DNA of 63,390 nucleotides, filler included, from Cercozoa sp. M6MM (taxonomy: Eukaryota; Protista; Endomyxa: Ascetosporea), in the NCBI GenBank assembly GCA_040357565.1. It is 8 parts of 8 records of this genome, joined end to end, with 100 filler letters (N's around TTAATTAATTAA, not from the genome) between each part and the next. Parts side by side here need not be neighbours in the genome. Positions count along the whole stretch, not along the records: positions 23,048 to 28,546 come from JBDODJ010000897.1; positions 28,647 to 33,491 come from JBDODJ010001034.1; positions 33,592 to 50,047 come from JBDODJ010000284.1; 5 more parts are not named here. One strand, written 5' to 3'. This document shows positions 25,223 through 35,415 of this stretch, in pieces. A program made the position numbers and the translations under genes. Within the stretch, counting starts at the first letter, position 1. Every line of letters begins with the position of its first letter. Below the pieces are notes generated by a model. That model was not told the DNA's origin, did no database searches, and saw only the letters and a program-made list of their open reading frames with translations.

Positions 25223-28200
25223 TCAAGGAGCAGGGTCTGCAGCCAGGGACCGCGTCCTTCTCCTACCCCCCCAGCCCACTCTGACCCAACCTTGTGCGAT
25301 GTGTGTTGGTTCCTGGGAACTCCACTGAAGTGAGTAACTAGAAATCACGTCGAGCGCAATAGATAAAGCGACGGGAACCGAACGGAGGCTACTCGCAGCC
25401 GTCGGAAGCCAGCGCGTCCAGCAGTCGGCGCAGTCGCTGCGTGCGAAGAGCGGCGTCGCCGCGCACGTAGAGCAGCACGGTGTACCGACGACACGACGAG
25501 GAGCAGCAGGAGCAGGCAGACACGGAGTCGTCAAAGCACGTGGTGGCACTACTGCAGGCCAGGAAGCACTCGTTGCACAGGCCTGGCAGCAGCAGTGCGC
25601 GTCGTATCCTCTGCAAGGCCGCTTTGCTACTGCTGTCACTGTTGTTGTTGTTTTCACTGTTGTCACTGTTGTTGTTGTTGTGGTTTTCACTGTTGTTGTT
25701 GTTGCTGTTGTTTTCACTCTTGTTGTTGTCACTGTTGTTGCTGTCGATGCGGCAGACAGAGGCACGCAGGTCGACCTGTGCCAGCGCGGGCAGAGCGACG
25801 TAGCTCACGCAGGTGTGGGCGCAGGCAGCGAAGGTGCCGCCACTCTGCACGTTGTGGAACACGTGCGTCGCCACCAGTCGCGTGGCGCACACCAGCAGAA
25901 ACTCGCCCGGCCTGCTCAGCTCGCTCTGCCGCCACGGGGAGAGGGGGAGGGTAAGGGGTACAAAGACAAGCTACAGACACGGGTCAAGGCACGCGCGTGG
26001 TACCACAGAGACACTGAGCGGCGACACGTTGTACCGCGCCTGCAGCGCCGCCACCACATCGGCCGGTCGCAGCGCTGCGTCCGCGCGGAGCAGCAGCGCG
26101 CGCCGCGACAACTCGGCGCACTGCGGCGTGTGCGTCTGCACCTGCGTCGACGCAGGCGGCACACTGTCCCACCGCGAGCGACGTCGCCTCGCACGAAACA
26201 CCTCCGTCTCGCACTGCTCCGCCTCCGCGCGGACCTCGCCGTGCACGTCCGCGCGGACCTCGCTACACCCGCTCTCTAGCGCCGCAAAATCTATCGGCGC
26301 CAACGAGAACTCGAACGGCGCCCGCACTGACCTGTGCCTGGGCCGGGGATGAGAAGGGGGGGGGGGGTATAAAGGGGGGTATAAAGGGAGGCGATGGGGC
26401 GGGGGGGTAAAGGGAGGGAAGGAGAGCAAATCACCGCTGCTGCGGCGGCAGGCCAGGTGCTCGCGACCACTGTCGCTGCTTTGCTTTTTGCGAGTGCGAT
26501 TGCACGTCGCTTTGACTTGCTGTGCTTTGCTTGACTGGTGTTTCGCTTTGCTTCGACTCGCTTCGCTTGCTTTCGCTTTGCTTGGAGTCACTTTCGCTTT
26601 GCTTGGAGTCACTTTCGCTTTGCTTGGAGTTACTTTCGCTTTGCTTGGAGCTACTTTCGCTTTGCTTCGAGCTTTCGCTTTGCTTCGGGTCGAGTTGCGT
26701 TGCTTCGCTTTGCTCCGAGTTGTGCTTGGAGTGGCTTTCGCCCGCTTTCGCTTCGCTGTCGAGTGACGTTGCTTTGGCATGCGAAATTTCGCCATCGCTT
26801 TCGGGAGCGACAGCGTCTTTCTTTTTCTTGCGCTTCTTTTTCTTGCGCTTCTTTTTTTGACTCGACGCCGGAAGCGGTCGACTCGCGACGGAAGCTGTGA
26901 TTTTCGCGCTTTCGTCACCTCTCTCGCCATTTGCAGCGCCGTCGCTGTCTTTCGCTTTGTCGCTTTGCGTTGCGAGCGCCGCGTTTTTGCTGTTGCTAAA
27001 GCGAGCCAGCGCAATTCGCAACTCGCGCGAACTCGCCGTCGAACTGTGCGACAACGCCTTCTGTAGCGCTCTAAACAAAGCACAATTTCGAAAGTGATGC
27101 CACAGTTTTTCAAAATCGAAGCGAAAATTTCGAAATCGAAGCGAAAATTCCGAAAGCAAAGAGAAAATATCGAAAGCAAAGCGAAAATAAAGCGAAAATA
27201 TCGAAAGCAAAGCGAAAATTTCGAAATCGAAGCGAAAATTTCGAAATCGAAGCGAAGATGTCGAAAGGGAGCGAAAGAAAATACTCGCAAGCAAAGCGAA
27301 AACTTGAAAGCAAAAGCGAAAGGCGCAAGAGAAGGAAGTACCGCTTGCCGGCGCCGGTGTGAAGCACTTCGCGAAGCAACTCGCGCGTCTCGCGACAAGC
27401 CTCGAGCGACTCTCGCTCCTCGAGGCCAGCTTCGTCGCCCGGAGTGCTCTGGGTCGACGACTCGGCCGACGACTCGGCCGGCACTGGCAGCGCGTTGACG
27501 CTGCGAATCACCGCCGCCAGCAACGGCGCGAAAAAGTTCGACGAGATCAGTTTCCTACGACAACACACGAGAAATAACCAAAACACAACAACAAGAAAAA
27601 ACAACAAGAAAAACAACAAGAAAAAACAACAAAAACAAGACAAGAAAACAAAAAACAACAAGAAAAAACAACAAAAACAAGAAAAAACAACAAAAACAAG
27701 AAAAAACAAAAAAAAAAACAAGAAAAACAACAAAAACAAGAAAAAACAAAAAAAAAACAAGAAAAACAACAAACAAAAACAAGAAAAAACAACAAACAAA
27801 AACAAGAAAAAACAACAACACAAAAGACAACAAGAAAAGAAAAACAACACAACAAGAGAGAACAACAAGAAAAAACAACAAAGAAAAACAACAACAAGAC
27901 GTACGACTGGGTCGAGTGGTCCACGAGGAGCGCGCAAAACACGGCGGACAGCAGCGCGTGCGCGCGCGCCTCCGTCGCGCAGGCCAGCGCGCGCTTCGTG
28001 AAACTCAGCTTGCGGTCGCGCCGCCACGACGGGTGCACCTGACCAAGGGGGGGGGGGGTAAACAGGGGGGTAAATAGATGGGTAAATAGGTGGGTAAATA
28101 GGAGGTAAAAGCGGGGTAAATAGGGGGGTAAAGGGGGTAGACAGGGGGTAAATAGGGTTAGACAGGAGAGGGGGGTAAACAGGTGGGTAAATAGGGGGGC

Positions 28201-28460
28201 AAACAGGGGTAAACAGGGGGGTAAATAGGGGGGTAAACAGGGGGGTAAACAGGGGGGCAAACAGGGGGGTAGACAGGGGGGTAAATAGGGGGGTAAACAG
28301 GGGAGTAAACAGGGGGGTAAACTACCGCCACCACGCAGCGTCCGATGGCAGCGATGCGCGCCACGACACCGAGGTCGCGCTCGGCGCGGCCACCGCACAG
28401 CAGCTGCTGCATGTCCTGTCCCTGCGTCGCCACTTCGATCGCCGCACGTGCTGCAGTCAC
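25223..28460 (-). CDS. 3' part of a large hypothetical protein with KQSES and NNSDN coding repeats and possibly degenerate RRM-like domains
   Basis: GT-AG-bounded exons alternate with repeat-filled introns. It includes a basic NLS-like KKKRKKKKRKKKK. No family firmly recognised. Confidence 0.55.
26540..26720 (-). repeat. Coding 21-bp repeat (SKQSESD/N/S)
   Basis: Tandem actttcgctttgcttggagtc units. Confidence 0.85.
27105..27310. repeat. Intronic degenerate minisatellite (GCGAAAATTTCGAAATCGAA / CGAAAGCAAA)
   Basis: Visible tandem copies. Confidence 0.85.
27570..27900. repeat. Intronic A-rich low-complexity repeat (AAAAACAACAAG)n
   Basis: Visible. It explains the spurious K/N-rich and F/L/C-rich ORFs. 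Confidence 0.9.
28045..28321. repeat. Intronic G-tract satellite (GGGGGTAAA[C/T]A)n
   Basis: More than 15 degenerate units. The same motif occurs in contigs 4, 6 and 8. Confidence 0.9.
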
Positions 28461-28546
28461 ACAGGGTCACACAGGGGGGTAACAAGGGGTAGGGGAGGGG
28501 GGTAACAAGGGGTAGGGGAGGGGGGTAACAAGGAGGTAGGGGGTAA

Positions 28547-28646
28547 NNNNNNNNNNNNNNNNNNNNNNNNNNNNNNNNNNNNNNNNNNNNTTAATTAATT
28601 AANNNNNNNNNNNNNNNNNNNNNNNNNNNNNNNNNNNNNNNNNNNN
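28547..28646. other. Artificial contig spacer
   Basis: N44-TTAATTAATTAA-N44. Confidence 0.99.
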
Positions 28647-28742
28647 GGGGGGGGGGGGTAAACAGGGGGGTAAACAGGGGGTAAACAGGGGGTATAGAGG
28701 GGTAAATAGGGGGTAAATAGGGGGGTAAACAGGGGGTAAACC

Positions 28743-31700
28743 TTAACACAAGAACGGCGCGACCAGCGCTGTGAAGAGCCGGCACTGCCACGCGACTCAT
28801 CAGCGTCTGCGGGAGAACGAGGCAAAACGGAGATTAGGAGGTATATGGGGTAAACATGGGGGGTAAACATGGAGCAAATAAGGGGGAAAAGGGGGAGTAA
28901 AAGGGGAGTAAATAAGGAAGGTAAACAGGTAGGTAAACAGGTAGATAGACAAGGAAGTAAACAGGGAGGTAACAAGGGGGTAAATAGGGGGTGTAAACTG
29001 GCTGAGAAGGGGCTTAAAAGGGGCTTAGAAGGGGCTTAAAAAAAGGGGTAAAAAGTGTGGGTAAAACGGGGGGTTAAAAAGGGAACAAAAAGGTGGGTAA
29101 AAAGGAGGTAAAGGGAGGTAAAAAAAGGGGTAAAAAAGGGGGTAAAGGGGGGGGGGCAAAACATCGCCTACGATGGCCATGAGGAAGAAACGCGACTTCG
29201 TCGAGAAATCGCGAATTTCGCGTCGACCGTTTCTCGCGTCGTCACCGTGCAAAACGCACTGTTAAATACGAAGCATATGTACCGTCAATATACACACCGT
29301 CTATATACACACCGTCCATATACACACCGTCCATATACACCCGTCCATATACACACATATGGACTGTCCATTCGGGAGCTGTGTCTCTCTCATTAAGGGT
29401 GTGTACCGCAGGCGATAACGGCGGCACTGTCGACACGTGTGCTTGCACGTTTCTCGGCGGTGCTAGGTACCTGGAAGAGGAGGGGGTAAAGGAGAATGGA
29501 GAGGATAAAAGAGGGGGGTAAAGGGAGAGGTAAAGGGAGGGTAAAGAGAGGGTAAAGGGAAAGGGAGGGCACAGCAGCAGCGGATGGTGCGGCGAGTGCC
29601 ATCGTTGTTCGAAGGGCAGTCGGTCTAACTGCTGAACACACTGGTCGCAGTACACGCACGACTCGCGCAGTGCTCTGTCCCTGCACAAGTCAGAGGGGGT
29701 AAAGAAGGGGCTAAAGGGGAGGGGGGGTAAAGAACAAAGCACCCCTGACACACGACACAACGCCACGCTCTTCCCCGACACTCGTGTTGACACCTGTACA
29801 AGAGTGCTCCCAATCTACAACACAACAGACCAGACACTGTACTAATGGACTCCCAACTGTACCGACTGCAGGACAGTCCGGTCGGAATGTCGTCTCCACA
29901 CGGCCACAATCGCGGCAGAATCGAGCCTCTCTCGCTACACAGTAACAACAACAAATTAAACTATTAACTGCAACTTTCAACTGAAGCTATCAACTTGAAT
30001 TTGCAACTGAAACTTTCAACCGAAGCTTTCAACCTAAACTCTTAAAATTTCAACTGAACCTTTCATCTTAAACTTTCATCTTAAACGGTCAACTGAAGCT
30101 GAACTAAAACGCGAAACCAATAAAAACCTCCAAACAAATGTTCAAAGCTCTCAACCAAAGCCTGTAACTGAAAGCTTCATTTTTAACAGAAGCTTTCAGC
30201 CAAACCGATCGAGACAGAAACGACTTTCTCAACCCATTCAAACAAAGAGTTCAACTAAAGTTTTCTCAAGCAAAAACAACGGAACCATATAGAACGAAAC
30301 CAAAAGAGTCAACGCACACAGCCGAGTCGTGTCGCATGAGGCTCATCTGCAGCGATACCGGGTTCGTCAGCGGCACGAAAACCGAGGAGTTGCCTGTGCA
30401 TTGTTGTAGAACTTGCTTTCGATCAAAACGTCAAACGAGACGGCATGGGATTTAAAGCACCAAGCGTAGTCTGATTCGGCACCGGCAGTGACACTTGCAC
30501 CCACATCATGGCTACTCCATGCACAGAATAAAATACTGGAAAAATGCAACAAATATACAAAAAGTCTGTCTGCGTGTTAACACAAGTTACGATGTCGCAA
30601 AGGGTCATGTTCGTTCGTGTGTGCAGTTTCCATGTGTGTCAAAACGTTGGGCAACTAAACAGAGCACAATTAATTAAGATATTATCGAAACACAAACAAG
30701 CTTGTTGTTCACACCGTGGAGATCAAGGAGTTTTCAATGTTGGAAAAGAAGACTTCAGAATTCCCGCTCGCGCTGCAGGAAAAAGGCGTATTTTGTTCAA
30801 CCATAACCAGACAGGCTTGTTTGCAACAGCAAAAAGCACCTGACTGACGAGTCAGACGAAACTGACACTTCATTTCGCTGCGCCGTTTCGCGATGCCGAG
30901 CACACACCTGCCGATCAACCCAGAGATCCTAAAACGCTTAGAATAACACCATCGAAGACTAAACATACCACACAGGCGGCATAGGGAACTGGAACCTCCA
31001 GCGACAATTGCTGAATAAGTTCCTGACAAAAAAGTAGTTGCTCAAGAAACGCGAAAAGTACAGAAAAAAATAAAACAATACTTCTGAGGGCTCGTTCACG
31101 CCAGCAAGCTCAAGCAATCGTCTCGCAGTCTGGGACTCTTGCATAACACTGTGCGTTCGCATGTGTCGCTACACACAGGATTGTGCAAAAGCTGTGTGTT
31201 TTCGGAAAGCAATGCAAAAGGCAGGTTTCCAACTGAAGAAACACTGGACTCTAGCTACAAGCTAACGTACCAGCAGGTCATGCTCCCTTGCAGCCGAGAA
31301 ATCACAGGAAGGCGGCAACAATCTCTCGAGAAACTCCATATCGCTACAAGACTCAAGTTTCAACAACAGGTTTCACTGGTCCAGATGGACAAACGATGGA
31401 TAAACACTGGTCCAAATGGACGAAAAAGAAAGTACGAAGTGGACAAATCGAAGCGATCCAGGTAGCGCGGCCGCTCGGTGTTGCCTTGCGACCGCAGACG
31501 TTTTAAAATCTGCAAAAAAATACCAGTCTCGGAAACTTCAACTGAGTCGACTCGCTGCAGAGGTACATGTGCCAACTGATTGATTGCTTCGGTGCGTGTC
31601 ATTGCTCTAGAAGTAGGACGGAAAGAGGAGGCAAAAGACAAGGGTAAATACAAGGGTAAAGACAGGCGTAAAGACAGGCGTAAATATAGGCGTAAAGATA

Positions 31701-33468
31701 GGCGTAAAGGGTAACATAAAAGATACGGTTGTGGGTGCTGCTGCGTGTAGAACCGCACATGTCCGATCGAGCAGTGCAGCGACTTGCCTGACGGTGCACG
31801 TTGCAACAAAGCATCCTACAGTATCTATCAAGTTCAACACCCCTACCCTCCCACCAAAACAAGGCAGTACCGCAACATCCTTGTGATAGCAATGTTCGCA
31901 CAGGTCGAAATCCGGACACACGGCGCACTTGAAACGCCGTCGTTTCGACTGCGCGAACGTCAGACCACAGCGATCGCACACTTCGAGGGAGGGAGGGGGG
32001 TAAAGTTTAGAGTACTGTAGGGGATAGTGTAGGGTGAAGTTTAGGAAGTGTCGGGCAAAATGGAGGGTTAAAATGGAGGGTTAAAATGGAGGGTTAAAAT
32101 GGAGGGCTAAAATGGAGGGTTAAAATGGAAGGTCAAGTAGAGTAAAATAGAGAGTAAGGGGGGCAGGGGGGGGGGTAAAGTAAAGGGGGGTAAAGCGGGG
32201 GGTAAAGCCGCGGCAGTACTGACGGTGGAGCAGCGCGACGGGTTGCCACAAACGCGCGCCTGCACCTCACGCAGCAAGTGTTGCCGCTCGTTTGACTGAT
32301 CGTTTGACTGATCGTTTGACTGATCGTTTGACTGATCGTTCGACTGATTGTTTGACTGATCGTTCGACTGATCGAACCGTCGATCAATCTGATCGCGTAG
32401 TTGAGCGACGGTTTGTGCCGACAGACCCAACCGTGTCACACTCGACAGCTGCAGTGGCGACAGACGCGACACCAGTACGTCCAGCTCGATCTCGCCGTCC
32501 TCACTAACGCCGTCTTTCCCTATCACCCAGGGCAGGCTTATCGGGGAGGCTTAAGGGAGGGGTTAAGGGGAGGCTTAAGGGAGGGGTTAAGGGGAAGGGC
32601 TTAAGGGGGAAGGGGTTAAGGGGGGAGGGGTTAAGGTAAAAGCTTAAGGGGGCAGGGCTTAAGGGTTAAACGGGGTGGCTACCCTCGCCGTAGAGCCGGT
32701 GCAGCGCCACCTGCAGCACCGTCAGCGCGGCGCCGTCGTGCAGGTGAAAATGCGCGCGCCCGCGCATGTGCGGCGTGCGGCGTTTCCTCTGCACGTGGCA
32801 CACGTGACCCCACCCAGTGACCACCCACGTGAGCCACAGTGATACCTCGACGGTTTGCACCAGCATGGCCAGTGTCATCATGACGGTCTCGTGTGCGTAC
32901 TCGTCCTGCAGAAACCGTCACCCAAACCGTCACCCCAACCGTCACCCAAACCGTCGCCCCCCCCCCCCCCACCCGCCCCCAAACCGTCCTCCAAACCGTC
33001 CCCTCCCCCAAAGCAAAGTGTGTACCAAACACGTCAGTGTGTCAGTGACGGTGTCCACGTGCTGATCGATCAGTCGCTGCACCGTGATGTCCGTCAGCGA
33101 GGTCGACATGCTGGCGGCACTACTCGCATCAGTCAGAGTCTGTGACGGTGACGGTGTGACTGGGGAAGGGAGGGACGGTACCACTGGGTGACACACCGTG
33201 CCACGTGCGGCCAGTCGATCGCGTCGTCACAGGCGTCCGGGAAGAGACCCCAGTGCGACACGTCGAGACTCGTGACACTGCACACACACACACACAAGTG
33301 TGTCCAAACAAGTGTGTCCAAACAAGTGTGTCCAAACAAGTGTGTCCATGTGCGAGGGTACTCCTGCTGATCCGTGTCGCCACGTGTCTGCAGGTTGTCA
33401 CGAACTACCCTGTCCAGGTACTGCGTCTCCACGCGGCCCACCACGTGGCACAGCGAGACCAGCATGCC
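28743..33468 (-). CDS. Internal fragment of a large multi-exon protein with two ZZ-type zinc fingers
   Basis: CDRCG...RRRFKCAVCPDFDLCEHCY at about 31880-31980, and spliced SCSRCQHECRGRAWRCVVC...CVYCDQC...HSPHHPL at about 29575-29900. About 20 small exons. Confidence 0.65.
32288..32372 (-). repeat. Coding 12-bp repeat (QSND)x7
   Basis: Tandem tttgactgatcg units. Confidence 0.9.
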
Positions 33469-33491
33469 CTAATCAATCGGGGGGGGGGGGG

Positions 33492-33591
33492 NNNNNNNNN
33501 NNNNNNNNNNNNNNNNNNNNNNNNNNNNNNNNNNNTTAATTAATTAANNNNNNNNNNNNNNNNNNNNNNNNNNNNNNNNNNNNNNNNNNNN
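33492..33591. other. Artificial contig spacer
   Basis: N44-TTAATTAATTAA-N44. Confidence 0.99.
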
Positions 33592-33610
33592 AAACGAAAA
33601 GGTAAGCGTA

Positions 33611-34510
33611 CAACAGAAACGCTAGCGATGCCCCACTTGACTGCACGTTCGCGCGTATCCGAGCCCTTCTGCTTCAGGTTCGTCAAATCGTCAGCATTGG
33701 CGAGTTGCACCTTCGAAAGCGACGTCGAAAGGATCTCGACGTCAAAATAGGAAGCGTTGTTCTTATCCTCATTCGCCAACGACATGTACTTTCGTGCTTC
33801 GGAAAGGAGTGTCTCATCACCGTTGGCGTCGCGTGCCAGATCCATGCCTTCCTACCCAGAGCGTCAAAACCACATGTCCTCAGCAGAAAAAGATGCACTA
33901 TAGCGTAGTGTACAATCTCCCAAGTCCGCTGTCGTGCCAAGAAAGGCACGTACGTCCTCTTGAATTCGCGCGACGTATTGGAGGCCAAGTCATTGTTCTT
34001 GAGGCGCTTGGCGTACTCGTCCGCGCCTACGTTCAGGTCTTTCCAGAACTCGATGCCTTGAGCGACAGTCGGGGCAGTGAGCTCTTTCCCGTACTCAAAG
34101 CGCTTGCTCAAGACTGCCAGGTTGGCGGGTTCGAAAACCGTCGTGAACGCGACACCAATTTGCTCTGACCGAAGCAGACCGAGCGCAACAAAGTCAAAGG
34201 AAGCGCCCATCACCGCAGGCATTTGCTCAATGACAAGGTCTCGCATCTGCACGCCGACGACAAGACTGCCGATTGCAGTCACGAGTGAAGCGACCCACAT
34301 CACGCCCACGACAACCTGAGGAAAGTGCAAAGTTGAATTCATCAAAACAAGGAGACGATGACTCGAAAAGCAACGTACGCGACGAATTTGTTGACTACGG
34401 GTGAATTGTAAATCTGCTTCATCGAGCTGCACGGAATCCTTCTCGTCCTTGGACCCCTTTTGCTCCGTTGGGGTCAGTTCGACCACGAATCGCGGTGTTT
34501 CTGCTGACAT
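33611..34510 (-). CDS. 5' part of a membrane protein: TM1, an about 190-aa helical extracytoplasmic domain and the start of TM2 (sensor-like), cut at the contig edge
   Basis: MSAETPRF...QIRR|VVVGVMWVASLVTAIGSLVVGV...RTWEI|EGMDLARD...AVKWGIASVSV with two GT-AG introns. Confidence 0.65.
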
Positions 34511-35415
34511 GACGCAGCACGAGCTTTCTTGCTGAGGCTTCCAACCTGATAGTTGCGATCTAATCAAGACAGTTTAAGCTGGCACTTGCTGTGTGTGTAA
34601 ATTTGGTACCCTTGGTCGAAGGAAAGCTCCGGGTACTTTCCCCAAACACGTGATCACTGTATCTCGTGGAGCTACGACTCCACACTGCACCCGCACTGAC
34701 TTTGCTCCACAAGAACACTGCTTTGTCCTGTCTAGTTGCACGCCTAAATTCTAGAACAGGACCCTTTTTTGCTGGTTGTTTTGCTGCTGTAACTCGGGGA
34801 TCATTTCTCACAGCAGTGATCGATCGGGCAGCAGAGTCACAGCAGTTACTTTCGGTAAACAACAGCGGCTATGGACATTCGTCCGACAAATGGATTTTCA
34901 CAGTTTGTGCAGGGAGGACGGTGCTGCGTTCGTTTGACTTTTAACAAACCGTTTCGGTTTTAGTTGCAATTTTAGAACAAAATTATTATGTTTGCTTTTC
35001 TTTCCTTGAACCCATGATAAATATGCATTGTATCAGCGCAAGTACCCACTGGGTACTGATAGTATGATATTCCACAATGAACGTTATACTATCACTTGTA
35101 CAATTGTAAGTTTAGTTGTGTGCTTTGCGCTCTCGTCCCCTGACGCGAGTAGGGATGAACAACATCCTGTATCGATGCAGTCAAGTTACCTCAGCGTAGA
35201 ACAGACTGTGTTTAGCACTGCAACAGGATTCAAGGGTTTAAACTTCAGAGGTATCTTTTTAATTTTACCCCAGTCGTCTGATTTATCGCCTCCACCGTCC
35301 TCGCGTAAGAGAACTAAAACCACAATCGCTCGGATCCAAGCATCGTTTGCCGGGGTGAACGTAAACAGAGGAGCCTAGCACGCACCGCTTTCGCCCGCTG
35401 GACTTAGTTTGAGAT

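Noticed and set aside
27110-28485. Long F/L/C-, K/N- and P/L/Y-rich ORFs
   Set aside because: These are translations of stop-poor intronic low-complexity repeats.
28460-28830. Contig 3 and contig 4 minus-strand fragments as one giant gene
   Set aside because: They are separated by an artificial spacer, and the shared G-tract ends are generic assembly breakpoints.
34797-34808. GGGATCATTTCT resembling U3 snoRNA box A
   Set aside because: No GAC box, and no boxes C', B, C or D at plausible spacing. An Infernal search against the Rfam U3 model would settle it.
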